Positions 39,328 to 51,969 are shown, counted from the stretch's first letter. The stretch: 64,000 nucleotides of DNA from Octopus sinensis (GCF_006345805.1 NC_043017.1:29140001-29204000), one strand, 5' to 3'. The notes: a model not told the origin generated them from the letters alone. Program-made: numbers and translations.

Positions 39328-39369
39328 ACCACTGACGAGGTTACAGGATTGTGGCGAAAGAACTCTGGT
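39328..39369 (+). ncRNA. Minimal type-I hammerhead-like fold
   Basis: ACCA-CTGACGA-G-GTTACA(GGAT)TGTGGC-GAAA-GAAC-TC-TGGT: canonical core, one extra G, stem II with two G-U pairs, CUC triplet. Confidence 0.55.
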
Positions 39370-39636
39370 CGAAATAAGATTAAGTTTAATGTAAAAAAAA
39401 TCAAATAACACTGAAGCAAAATAACACCAAATATATAGTGCGTGTGTTTTTATTGACTAAACTGGTAAAATGACCATTCCTAAATACAACAGTATATGTT
39501 TCAACACACGATTTCACATTAAGAATCTTGCAAAACAAATATATAATTTTTTTGATAATATTTTACTTATATTTACAATTCAAAATCGGAATCCATTGCT
39601 TTTACAATAGACTCTCATATTTTCTGAACTAAACTG

Positions 39637-40066
39637 GGATCTTTCCGGTTTGAACGGCAGTTTTTTCTAGCGGTGTCATATGAAATTGTCACTCATAATT
39701 ATGACCCTAGTATCGATCTATTGCATTTCAATCAATTTTAAGGTTAGGGTTAGTTAGTTTTGAGGTTAGGGGTGGGGGGAGGGTACCTTTTTTTCTTCAC
39801 AAATTTAAATAAACCCAATCTGTTTCTTAAACGAGCGACATATTCATACCTCATAGTATGTTGTTTACCTCAATGGACGTCAGTGATTGGTTGAAACTGC
39901 AGAAATTGAAGAAAAAACAAACAAATATCTTACAAACTATAGAATTTTCTCAATAAAGCCAAGAGAAAAAATGTTTTATAAACACATTCTACCAGTATAC
40001 GAAGTTTAGCATTTTTTAGTGAACTAGAATTTACGTTAAAAACTGCCGTTCAAACCGAAAAGATCC
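39637..40066 (-). mobile_element. GGATCTTTT MITE, full length
   Basis: ~29-bp TIRs; 8-bp TSD CTAAACTG (39629-39636 / 40067-40074). Confidence 0.95.
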
Positions 40067-40343
40067 CTAAACTGAATGTTTAAATAATGGGTGAAATCAT
40101 GAACCTATTCGGTATATTGTGGTGATTCCAATCAGCAGTGGTCTACTTCTTCAGTAGTTGGTTTGTTTCCAAACATAGATTAAATAAATGGCTTGCTAGA
40201 ATTGCAAAACAAAGATATATATCGCAACAGATACATAGGTTTTACAGAGCGGAGGAATATCAGCAATTCCTATCAAGCAGCCTCCCAATCAACCGAGATA
40301 TACTGTTTGTCTATACAAATGGATAATTGCAATGTATACCTAA

Positions 40344-40769
40344 GGATCTTTTCGGTTTGAACGGCAGTTTTTAACATAATTTCTAGGTAACTAAAAAATT
40401 TTAAACTTCGTATACTGGTAGAATGTGTTTATAAAACATCTTTTTGTCTTGGCTTTATTGAGAAAATTCTATAGTTTGTAAGATATTTGTTGTTGTTTTT
40501 CTTCAATTTCTGCAATTTCAACCAATCAGTGACGTCTATTGAGTTAAAATGCATTCTGTGCCGTATGAATATGTCGCTCGTTTAAGAAACAGATTGGGTT
40601 TATTTACATTTGTGAAGAAAAAAAGATACCCTTCCACCACCTCTAACCCTTACTAACCCTAACCCTAAAACAGATTGAAATGCAATAGATCGATTCTAGG
40701 GTCATAATTATGGGTGGAATTTCATATGACACCGTCAGAAAAAAACTGCCGTTCAAACCGAAAAGATCC
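40344..40769 (+). mobile_element. GGATCTTTT MITE, full length
   Basis: TIR GGATCTTTTCGGTTTGAACGGCAGTTTTT at both ends; internal (CCCTAA)-like run; TSD not evident. Confidence 0.93.
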
Positions 40770-41054
40770 GGTATATTTTATGAAGATCTTGCATATGTAT
40801 TTGCTTTTACGTGTTAAACTAATTGTTCTGTATGTACTGTCTCCACAAGCAGGGGTCGCACGTTGACACAGCGGAACAAAGGCAGAATAAATCTTTTATC
40901 AAATGACTATCAAACATTTTACCAACCGTTACAAAAACAGAAACACCACTAACGTACCCATGGTTTTCACATAGTTTCAAGAACAGGGAAATATCTCTCC
41001 AGTAGTGTTCCATGGGTGAAGAATACTTCAAATTGCCAATAGAAAAATTTTCTC

Positions 41055-41489
41055 GGACCTTTTCGGTTTGAACGGCAGTTTTTTCTAGCGGTGTCATATG
41101 AAATTGTCACCCATAATTATGACCCTAGTATCGATCTATTGCATTTCAATCTGTTTTAGGGTTAGTGTTAGTTAGGGTTAGAGTTAGGGGTGGGGGAAGG
41201 GTATCTGTTTTTCTTCAGAAATGTAAATAAACCTAATCTGTTTCTTAAGCGAGGGACATATTCATACGGCACAGAATGTTGTTTACCTCAATGGACGTAG
41301 TTGATTGGTTGAAATTGCAGAAATTGAAAAAAAAAAAAACAACAAATATCTTACAGACTATAGCATTTTCTCAATAAAGCCAAGAGAAAAAAGGTGTTTT
41401 ATAAGCACATTCTACCAGTATACGACGTTTAACATTTTTTAGTTACCTAGAAATTATGTTAAAAACTGCCGTTCAAACCGAAAAGATCC
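41055..41489 (-). mobile_element. GGATCTTTT MITE, full length
   Basis: Same TIRs and body in reverse orientation; TSD not evident. Confidence 0.93.
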
Positions 41490-41779
41490 AATTAATAAAT
41501 ATATCACCAATTCTAGGTCACTTTTCTATAATGATTTAACTTTTGGAAAACATTTCTCATTTCAAGTTAGGCTTATATATTTCTTCAATTTGGTATTATT
41601 GAATGACAGAGGATAAATTCAACTTCTTTGACATTTTTGAAATAAAGGCGGTGGAATACTGCTGAGTATTTTTCTTGGTGTGCTAACGATATTTATTCTT
41701 TATTACCCACAAGATGCGAAATACAGGGAGGTAGACTGAAAAATGAAAGAAGACCGTCGTATATATATATATATATTTT

Positions 41780-41937
41780 TTTTGCTCGTCTTGTTCCTTG
41801 GTTTGTGTCTATGTGTTTCGTCTCTCTATGTGTTCGACGTCTTTTTGGTGTCCTGTACACATATATGCGTGTATATGTACATGTAGAGGTAGGTACGTAC
41901 ATATATGTTTATATATATGCATATATTCTATTTTATT

Positions 41938-41940
<3 letters not shown>
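41780..41940 (-). repeat. Unclassified interspersed repeat family D, copy 1
   Basis: Reverse complement of 50113-50255 (GTACGTACCTAC..GTACAGGACACCAAAAA.ACGTCGAACACA). Confidence 0.8.
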
Positions 41941-41978
<38 letters not shown>

Positions 41979-42074
41979 CGGGAAGGTTTACGAAAATAAG
42001 CAAAAGACGAAGGCAGGTGGAGTACAAACAAACAAATGTATTAGTATGGCGCTCAGGAATAGAAATTGAACAAG

Positions 42075-42112
42075 TCTTTTACGTTTCGAGCCTACGCTCT
42101 TCGACAGAAAGA
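42075..42112 (-). ncRNA. Minimal hammerhead-like fold with variant core (CUGUCGA)
   Basis: TCTTT-CTGTCGA-A-GAGC(GTAG)GCTC-GAAAC-GTA-AAAGA; palindromic ACGT stem III; lies in a ~200-bp module between (TA)n runs. Confidence 0.6.
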
Positions 42113-42224
42113 TACACAGTAAAGAAACAAAGAGAGAAAAAATGCGTGTACGAGCTAACGGTCTATCATGGCGTTCTATCATATATATGTATATATATAT
42201 ATGCGTGTATGTCTTTGTGTGTGT

Positions 42225-42364
42225 GTGTTTATCCTCATTCCATCGCTTGACAACTAATTTTAGTGTGTCTATATCCCGGTAACTTAGCGGTTCGGCAAAA
42301 GAGGCCGTTAGAATAGATACTAGGCTTACACGGAATAAGTCCTCGGAGCAATTTCTTCAACTAA
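42225..42364 (+). mobile_element. SINE family A internal fragment
   Basis: CATCGCTTGACAAC..GTAACTTAGCGGTTCGGCAAAAGAG..ACTAGGCTTAC. Confidence 0.8.
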
Positions 42365-42828
42365 CACCTGCAATGAAATATCTAAAACATGTTAAAGAAT
42401 AAAATAATTACACAAGGCTTCAAGATTCAGAATATTCACCCACATACGATAGCACGAAAGATAGACGTTAATATAAATCATAGGCCATGTACTATCACCC
42501 GTTACTCTATGCTGGCAATTAATCAAATCTGTTAAACACATTTCTCATTTCTCAAAGACAATGAAACCTAAAGAAAAATTACATTAACTTTTATCATCCT
42601 AATATTGGATGCTACACATCCAGATATGTGACGAAAGATTTCCACATAATGGACATGAGTTAAAATAGAAAAAAAAAGTGCAGTAATAAACGAATGAGGA
42701 ACAAATACACAGTGCGTGTATTCATTTGGCAAAAAAATTGACCGTCCCAAAATACAATAATACACTAATATAATCAGAAATATTAAATTTCTAAATGTCT
42801 GAAAGAGACGTGAGCGGTGGTGGAGCGA

Positions 42829-43162
42829 TAGAGTGGTTGTATACTGTCAACTTAAAGTGACAGTCCCGTATGGGAATTACACCACCGCCGTTTAGCCCTA
42901 GGAAGCATCGAATGCTTCCTGTCGGCTTTGACACAGCCAAGATTCACACCTGAGGACTTGACGGGTTAAGACCCAGAAACATGCGTGTCCTCAGGTGTGA
43001 ATCTTGGGTGGTGCGGGTGCTTGCCTCCCCTTCACAAACGTAAGGACACAGGAAATGTGTCAAAGCCGACAGGAATCGTTCGATGCTTCCTAGGGCTAAA
43101 CAGCGGTGGGATAATTCCCATACGGGACTGTCACGTTAAGTTGACAGTATACAACCACCCTA
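42829..43162. mobile_element. MITE with ~105-bp inverted arms and a nested inner hairpin
   Basis: GTGGTTGTATACTGTCAAC..GGCTTTGACACA / TGTGTCAAAGCC..GTTGACAGTATACAACCAC; inner CCAAGATTCACACCTGAGGAC / GTCCTCAGGTGTGAATCTTGG; TA at both outer ends. Confidence 0.85.
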
Positions 43163-43739
43163 ATATAATCCTTTGTGTAAAATTCGTACCAGTATTTACA
43201 GATATAACGTACTGTCGTCATACAAGTTGTGTCTTCAAGAAAGTGATTTTAGAGAGCGTAATTCGTACAAAACAAATTCTACAGTTTATGTATTGACAAT
43301 TCAGGTGAAGTTACGATGAAGATCAAGAAGCAACCACAGCCTATTCCTTCACCAAGAGTTAACCTTAAGAGCCAAAGATCATTAGAGCGATTCTTAAGTA
43401 CGGAAATTTCTTATCTAGTAGATTAATGAAACGGCAAGTAAGTGAATCAAATATTCTCTGAGAATATATCCATGTATGTTTGTGTGTGATTGTGTATGGC
43501 GTGGAGAGTGAGTTGAGATTTACTGAATGTGAAACTACACAGTAGAGCACTCTATCTTTGCTTTCTGACAATTTAATTATCGCCGTTTATTCATAGGTAG
43601 ATATAAGACGTTTCAGTTCTGAGAATATGTTTATTAACTGTTCAGTGTGGCACATACGTGTGTATGTCTGTGTGTGTGTGTATGCGTGCGTGTGCGTGTA
43701 ATTGTGTGTGTGTTCTTAGATATGCATATATATACAAAG

Positions 43740-43828
43740 AGATATACAGAGAAACAGATAGATAGACAGATAGAGAGAGAGAGAGAGAGAGAAAGAAAAC
43801 AGATAGATAAATAGATCGATAGATATGC

Positions 43829-43864
<36 letters not shown>

Positions 43865-43929
43865 CGTTAGATAGATAGATAGGTAGATAGATAGATCGTT
43901 AGATAGATAGATAGATAGATAGATAGATC

Positions 43930-43968
<39 letters not shown>

Positions 43969-44053
43969 GATAGGTAGATATATAGTTTGTTAGATAGATA
44001 GACAAATAGATAGATCGTTAGATAGATACATATGTAGACATATAGATAGATAT

Positions 44054-44120
<67 letters not shown>

Positions 44121-45098
44121 CATAGATGGATAGATAGAATAGTATGTAGGTAGATTGATAGATGGATTGATGGATGGAAAGATAGGTAGGTAGGTAGGTA
44201 GGTAGGTAGGTAGGTAGGTAGATAGATAGATAGATAGATAGATCTATCCATCAAGTCTGTTTTATTCTGATGAATATAAATTATATTTTTGTTGATTATG
44301 CTTGTTGTAGGTGAGGATTCCGAGATATTAGTGTTGGGTTTGTATTGTATAAATTTATTGTCGCCATGATATTTCTCAAGGGTGGAGATACGTGTGAAAC
44401 GTAATCTATGAGTCAATACTTTAAGTCATGATACAAATTTATTGCATTTCGAATGTATGTGGGTGTGCATGTGTGTGTGTGGTTGTGGGGTGGTGCATAG
44501 AACGTGAGATATATAAACAGAAGCCTTCACGCACCCCATAAACACGCGCGTACTAATATAAATTTATGTGCATAAATGTATATATATTCAAATTTACAAA
44601 CATCTGCATTCTCACATACGCACACACAAACACACACATACACTCATACATATATATATATATATGCACATATATATGCATGTATGTATATATATATATA
44701 TATGTATATGTATATGTGTATATATATATATGTATATATATATATGTATATATGTATATGTATATATATGTATATATGTATATATATGTGTGTATATATA
44801 TATATATATATGTATGTATACGTATATATATGTATATATGTGTATGATATATATATATATATATGTATATAATATATATATATATATATATATATTGTAT
44901 ATATTATATATATATATATTGTATATATATATATGTATATATGTATATATATCTATATATATGTATATATGTATATATATATTATAATATATATATATAT
45001 GTGTATATATATATATATGTGTATATATATTATATATATATATATGTATAATATATATATATATATATATATTTGTATATATATATAATATATATTTG

Positions 45099-45131
<33 letters not shown>

Positions 45132-45179
45132 TGTATATATATATATATATATTTGTATATATATAGATATATATATATT

Positions 45180-45247
<68 letters not shown>

Positions 45248-45317
45248 ATATTATATTATATATATAATATTTGTATATATATATATATATGTATATTATA
45301 TATATATATATATATAT

Positions 45318-45357
<40 letters not shown>

Positions 45358-45428
45358 TTATATATATTTGTATATATATATATATATATATATAATATAT
45401 TATATATATATATATCTATATATATTTG

Positions 45429-45470
<42 letters not shown>
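43740..45470. repeat. (GATA)n/(GGTA)n array (43740-44245) and long degenerate (TA)n array (44560-45470)
   Basis: Direct reading. Confidence 0.96.
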
Positions 45471-45910
45471 ATGTACGTGCGTGAATATATTGATGTACAT
45501 ATGTAAATATAATTCAGCTAATATAACCAAGTCAGTTTCTAGACACAAAACAACTCAAACAGAACATTTGCCATGAAACCGACTCAGTTCTTCAACTGAA
45601 CAAAAAAAAAATAATAATAAAAAATAATAATGGAGATGTTGTCATTTATGTATAAACGGATTTTGTTAAGATTTTTTCTCTTGATACCTACGGAGATCAG
45701 AGAAATCAGACGTAATTAACATATGGCAGAAAAACTATCGACGTAACAGAACGAAATGAAAACAGTAAATAGCAGAACATTCTATGAAATCTTTTTGTTT
45801 CACATAATAATTTTGAATAATGAATAATAAAATAATAAAATCAGACAACGTATTTATTTATATACACTGTACAGAAGTTCTAGAACTAGCACAGGAGAGA
45901 TTTGCATACA

Positions 45911-46013
<103 letters not shown>

Positions 46014-46272
46014 AGTAGTTGAATGAATTATCTTATTAAGGATAATTCGAATTAACCGATACCTGGGTAGCAAATTCACATCAGAAAAATGTACTCCTTA
46101 TTCTTTCGCAATTAGGAATATACAGCCTTCGAAACATATGTCGAAAATAAAGGAATTTTGTTAAGTTGTCGTTCAGCTCCATTCTTTCATATATTTTATA
46201 TTTTAATATATATATATATATATAATATATCTTATATATATATATATATATATATATTATTATATATATATT

Positions 46273-46670
46273 CTAGCTGTATCGCTCGGCGTTGCTCGGG
46301 TTTGTTTCGACCCCTTAGAATTGGAATTTTTGAAAAGTAAAATTGTTGCATTATGTAGCTTGTTATTCTCTTTAAGTGAACATTTCTCTGTTTGAAATAC
46401 ACCGAAAAATGGTGACACAACAGACAAAAAATCGTAAAAAATAGGGATTTTCATAGAAAAAAAAGCACCATATTGATGTAAATAAATTTTGGTCTTAACA
46501 TGGTCCGATTAGAATATTTTCTTCTACCGAAGGAAGAGCAAGCTTTCTTCTATCGTACTCTCAATTTTGGTCACGTTGCGCCACAGGGTCTCCTAGGAGA
46601 TAGTGTTAGTTGAAGGCTACCAAACCTGCCACACACACACATAGACAACTTCAGCTTTATATATATATAT
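46273..46670 (-). mobile_element. Non-autonomous Helitron
   Basis: Minus strand starts TATATATAAAGCTG, ends with hairpin CCCGAGCAACGCCGAGC then CAGCTAG. Confidence 0.78.
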
Positions 46671-46675
46671 ATATA

Positions 46676-46965
46676 TACTCTTGTGTCTGAGGAGAGTCAT
46701 TCTCTTATAGTGTCTAATTATTTAACACACACACCAGTAAAATTTCCACTTATTTCTTATAGTCTTTTCAAGATTCAAGACTATTGAAAATATTGCAAGA
46801 CGCAAATTTTAGAAAACAAAAATAAGGGATAAGTGGAAATTTTACCGGTGAGTGTGTTAAATACTAAGGCACTAAAAGAGAATGACTCTCCCCAGACATA
46901 ACAGAATATGCTTCAAAACACGAACTCATATAAAGAATCTTGCAAACCAAATCCTAAAACGAAAT
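46676..46965. mobile_element. Palindromic repeat family E, longer copy
   Basis: Arms TGTCTG.GGAGAGTCATTCTCTT..CC.GTAAAATTTCCACTTAT and its complement; one-sided extension AGAATATGCTTCAAAACACGAACTC. Confidence 0.8.
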
Positions 46966-46995
46966 ATATATATATATTATATATATATATATATA

Positions 46996-47418
46996 GGCGC
47001 AGGAGTGGCTGTGTGGTAAGTAGCTTGCTAATCAACCACATGGTTCCGGGTTCAGTCCCACTGCGTGGCACCTTGGGCAAGTGTCTTCTACTATAGCGTC
47101 GGGCCGACCAATGCCTTGTGAGTGGATTTGGTAAACGGAAACTGAAAGAAGCCTGTCGTATATATGTATGTATATGTGTATATATGTATATATATGTATG
47201 TATGTGTATATGTTTGTGTGTCTGTGTTTGTCCCCCTAGCATTGCTTGACAACCGATGCTGGTGTGTTTATGTCCCCGTCACCTAGCGGTTCGGCAAAAG
47301 AGACCGATAGAATAAGTACTGGGCTTACAAAGAATAAGTCCCCGGGTTCGATTTGCTCGACTGAAAGCGGTGCTCCAGCATGGCCGCAGTCAACTGACTG
47401 GAAACAAGTAAAAGAGTA
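46996..47418 (+). mobile_element. SINE family A, full length
   Basis: GGCGCAGGAGTGGCTGTGTGG..GGCACCTTGGGCAAGTGTCTTC..GAAACAAGTAAAAGAG. Confidence 0.93.
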
Positions 47419-47760
47419 TATTATAATATAATATATATATATATATATATAATATATATAATTATATTATATATATATTATATATATATTAAATATATAT
47501 TATATATATATACACCATACAATCCGGAGAGCGAGTGGAGAGAGAGAGAGATCACATACTCGATACATATACTGGTTTTCACCTGCATTCTTCTCGGTTG
47601 CTTTTCACTGTGTGATGTCTTTGATAGAACTGCCTTTGTTTAATTGATGCTACATTCATTTCTTATAGAATCTGCAAGCCAGAAACTATGCAGTATCTCG
47701 TGAAATTATTCTGTTTGATTTCAAGATTTCTTGCCAATAGAGAAAGAGATGGTTTCTTAC

Positions 47761-47801
47761 CTGGAACCAAGGCTCATTCATTGGAATTTTAATAACATCA
47801 A
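47761..47801 (-). CDS. Candidate 41-nt exon
   Basis: CCCAG acceptor, consensus CAG|GTAAG donor, frame (V)DVIKIPMNEPWFQ; too short to identify. Confidence 0.2.
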
Positions 47802-47824
47802 CTGGGTATAATTACGTGTATGTT

Positions 47825-49290
47825 TTTTTCTTTTTTCTCTTTCCTTTTTTTCTTTTTTTTTCTTCTTTCCCTCTTACGATCCCTTGATCGAAATCGAAAA
47901 ACCCCCCCTTTTTTTTCCAAAAAAAAAAGGAAAGCTCTACTTTGTAATCTGTCCCGTCTGTGTGCAGCCCTGTGTGGCTAATAAAGAAACATAATGTGTA
48001 TGTTTGAATGGTGCAGTTCTGGGAGTTATTGCAAAGAGCAGATATGTATGTATCGTGTATTCTCATGTACATACTTGCATGTCTACACATGCGCATATCT
48101 ACCGAAATGGTAAACTTCTGGAAAGGTTGACAAGGATTTAAACTTCCAGTGATGGGATTGAATCTTGTTCGTTCTGTAAATCAACTTTCTCCATTGTGGT
48201 TGTGATAAGCCTAATTTCTCAAGTTGTATGTACGTATATGTGCTGTTGTGAGTATATATGTATGTATGTATGTATGTGTATGTACGTGGTCTTTTTCGTA
48301 GGCTTTTCTTCCCACGGATAAACCTTACTTGCTTTCCCCTTTACATCATACATCATGACACTGTGATACACGATCCCTATTGATCGTTTTTTTCCTCTTC
48401 CCCTTCTTTCCTCTTTTTTCTTCTTTTTTCCTTTTTCTTTTCTTGTTCCTTTTCCCTTTTTTCGTTTATTTTCTTTTCCTTTGTTTCCTTTTTTTCTTTT
48501 TTCTTTTTTTTTCTTCTTCCCTCTTACGATCCCTTTTGATCGAAAATCTACCCCCCCTTTTTTTTCCAAAAAAAAAAGGAAAGCTCTACTTTGTAATCTG
48601 TCCCGTCTGTGTGCAGCCCTGTGTGGCTAATAAAGAAACATATTATGTGTATGTTTGAATGTGTGCAGTTTCTGGAGTTATTGCAAGAGCAGATATGTAT
48701 GTATCTGTGTATTCTCATGTACATACTTGCATGTCTACACATGCGCATATCTACCGAAATGGTAAACTTCTGGAAAGGTTGACAAGGATTTAAACTTCCA
48801 GTGATGGGATTGAATCTTTGTTCGTTCTGTAAATCAACTTTCTCCATTGTGGTTGTGATAAGCCTAATTTCTCAAGTTTGTATGTACGTATATGTGCTTG
48901 TTGTGAGTATATATGTATGTATGTATGTATGTATGTACGTGGTCTTTTTCGTAGGCTTTTCTTCCCACGGATAAACCTTACTTGCTTTCCCCTTTACATC
49001 ATACATCATGACACTGTGATACACGATCCCTATTGATCGTTTTTTTCCTCTTCCCCTTCTTTCCTCTTTTTTCTTCTTTTTTCCTTTTTCTTTTCTTTTG
49101 TTCCTTTTCCCTTTTTTCGTTTATTTTCTTTTCCTTTGTTTCCTTTTTTTCTTTTTTCTTTTTTTTGTTCTTTTTTCCCTTTTACGATCCCTTTTGATCG
49201 AAAACCTACGCCACTTTTTTTTTTTTCTCCCCCAAAAGAAAAGCTCTTGTCTCATCTGTGTGCAGCCCTGTGTGGCCAATAAAGAAACTT
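47825..49290 (+). repeat. Near-identical tandem duplication, ~660-bp unit x ~2.2
   Basis: CTTACGATCCC..GAAAGCTCTACTTTGTAATCTGTCCCG recurs near 47873, 48523 and (partial) 49180. Confidence 0.93.
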
Positions 49291-49842
49291 ATCTATGTGT
49301 TTGCTTAAATATAATCTGAGCGCGTGAATATTTCATGCCTATGAGTTTGCCATAGTTCTCCTGTCGGAGGAGGGTGTCCAACCACTTCCAAACGAATTCA
49401 ACAGAGCAAATCCAATGAAACAGGCACTACGCTACAGTACATCTGTGGACATTCTTGTTTCCAAGCTAAGCATTGCTGTTAAACAGTCATGCTCTGTTTT
49501 TTAACAACTGTTGATTAAGTAAACGGACACGTTGTACAATTGGGACAAAAAGAGCAATTTTCCGATAATAAATATTAAGATTTTCTCAACAAGCTCTATT
49601 ATGTGCAAGACAGTGATTTATTTTCTCCTCATTACTTACATATTAATGTCTAGCATGAATTAATATGAAACATTCTATAAATTTATCTACCAAATATATT
49701 GTGGTAGATTTCAGCATCCCCCGGCTTATAGAATTTGCTAAATTTAGTTGCGTTAAAAGTACATCAACCAATCTCGCATACACATAAACGAAATGAACGT
49801 AAGCGCTTGCACAATGCATCACACGTACACATAGGCACGCAC

Positions 49843-49886
<44 letters not shown>

Positions 49887-49942
49887 ATATTATATATATA
49901 TATATATATCTATATATATATATATATATGTATATGTATATG

Positions 49943-50012
<70 letters not shown>

Positions 50013-50112
50013 TATATGATTGATTGATTGATTCTAGTTTCAGCTCATGAACTGTGGCCATGCTGGGGCACCGCTATATATAATATATATACATATATAC
50101 TTATATATAACA

Positions 50113-50335
50113 AATTAATAAATGAAACATATGCATATATACGTACATATATGTACGTACCTACATCTACATATACACGCATATATGGGTACAGGACACC
50201 AAAAAAACGTCGAACACAATGAGAAACGAAAACATAAGCACAAAACCAAGGAAATGGATATTTTTCTTAAACAACGAACAAATAGAGTACAGGACATACA
50301 AAACAAGGAACATTCCCCTTCTTCAGCCGCCTCTG
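50113..50335 (+). repeat. Unclassified interspersed repeat family D, copy 2
   Basis: Homologous to 41780-41940; lies between (TA)n-rich runs. Confidence 0.8.
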
Positions 50336-50346
50336 TATATATATAT

Positions 50347-50450
<104 letters not shown>

Positions 50451-51420
50451 ATTTATACATAAATATACACAGTGTGTTGTGCGTGTACTTTCACACACAC
50501 ATTCAGACATGCATAAAAAAACAGACACATGTATGTGTGCGTGTTGTGTGTGTCTTTACACTGTTTATATAAAAAAAAATGGCGGCGATGTTGACTTAAA
50601 CTTCGTTCTGTATTAACTATAATACAAATTCGGAGGAGTTCTCGTCTGCAAATGTATAACTTGTACTTATGATATAGCACTTGGCTTTGCAGGATTTATT
50701 TATTTACTTTATTTTGAAGATATCTATTCTTTTACTTTTTTATTCTTTATTTGTTTCAGTCATTTGACTGCTTCCATGATCTAGCGCTGCCTTTAGTCGA
50801 CCAAATCGACCCCAAGGATATATTTGGGTTGAGCTTATGTCTCGAGGTTGCTTAAAGAAACCTTCACCATTGTCAGATGGTAGTGACTGTCTGGCGATTT
50901 GGACAGTCATATCAATGAGTTCTCTTAGTTCTTTAGTTGTTCTAAAGTTATCACCTCAGTAATTTGGTTGGTTATGGCCATCATGTAGTATAGACACGGT
51001 TCCCTGATGGCAGTTCAATATTTCATGAAGATTCAAACGGCTAATGCTCTTTAAAATTATCACAGACAACATAAAGGTGAAATAACTCACTTTAATAAGC
51101 CCCCAACAGTTAATGGAACTCATTTTTTATCCAACATTTATGATATACTTGGGAGCAGCAAATAAGGAGACGTTTCTCTTCTCAATCGTTACTGAAAAAT
51201 CGAAAACAGGTTTTACTTGAGGAATGGCACAAAATTCGTCTAGCAATCAATCAAAACCTATTACGAGGCAATTCCTCGGCGTATTAAAAATGTAATTAAA
51301 GGCTAAGTGGGAACAACTTCATGTTCAATTGTAAAACTGCGATTTAATATGGCATTTCCATTATTTTATCCATCCCTTGTGTGTGCATACATTTACACAC
51401 ACACACACACAAATATATAT

Positions 51421-51470
<50 letters not shown>

Positions 51471-51969
51471 TATATATGGATATATACACATAGATATGTG
51501 TGTGTATGTGTGTGTGCGTCTGTTGTTTTTTTTTTCGTATATGTATGTGCATGTACGTGTGTGTGTGTATTAATATACATACTTGAAACAGACGTTAAAA
51601 TAATCTGTTTATAACATATATAATGCGTATACAATGTAGTTCACAACGTGACTTTGGTCTCAAAACACAGTGCTTTGCTTAAAACGTCAATGCAGCGCAA
51701 TACACAATGCTCCGACCTGATTGAATCTCGTCAGACGCAAATATCTGGGACAGACTGAATTTAGCCGATAAGTGTTTCTTCTGATGCAGAAATCGTTAAA
51801 CAAATCAGTTAGTGTACTGTACAAAAACTAGCTATACTAGAAGTTTATTGCTAGAATTTGCATCACGATCCTTCAGTGAGTGAGCAAAACGTGTTAAAAC
51901 AGAAAACACTCATTGGCAAAATTCTATGAGACAAAAAAGATGAAAACAAAACGAGAGACGTTCTATGTT

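Noticed and set aside
40344-41489. Two adjacent MITEs as a composite transposon
   Set aside because: No matching 8-bp TSD on the outer ends (ATACCTAA vs AATTAATA)
42943-43000. CTGAGGA...GAAAC...GTC hammerhead-like string inside the MITE
   Set aside because: Six extra bases precede stem II, stem I does not form next to the cleavage site, and the core is paired by the MITE's own inner inverted repeat
50573-50600. AAAATGGCGGCG as a YY1 site or gene start
   Set aside because: The frame stops after six codons and there is no surrounding CpG island
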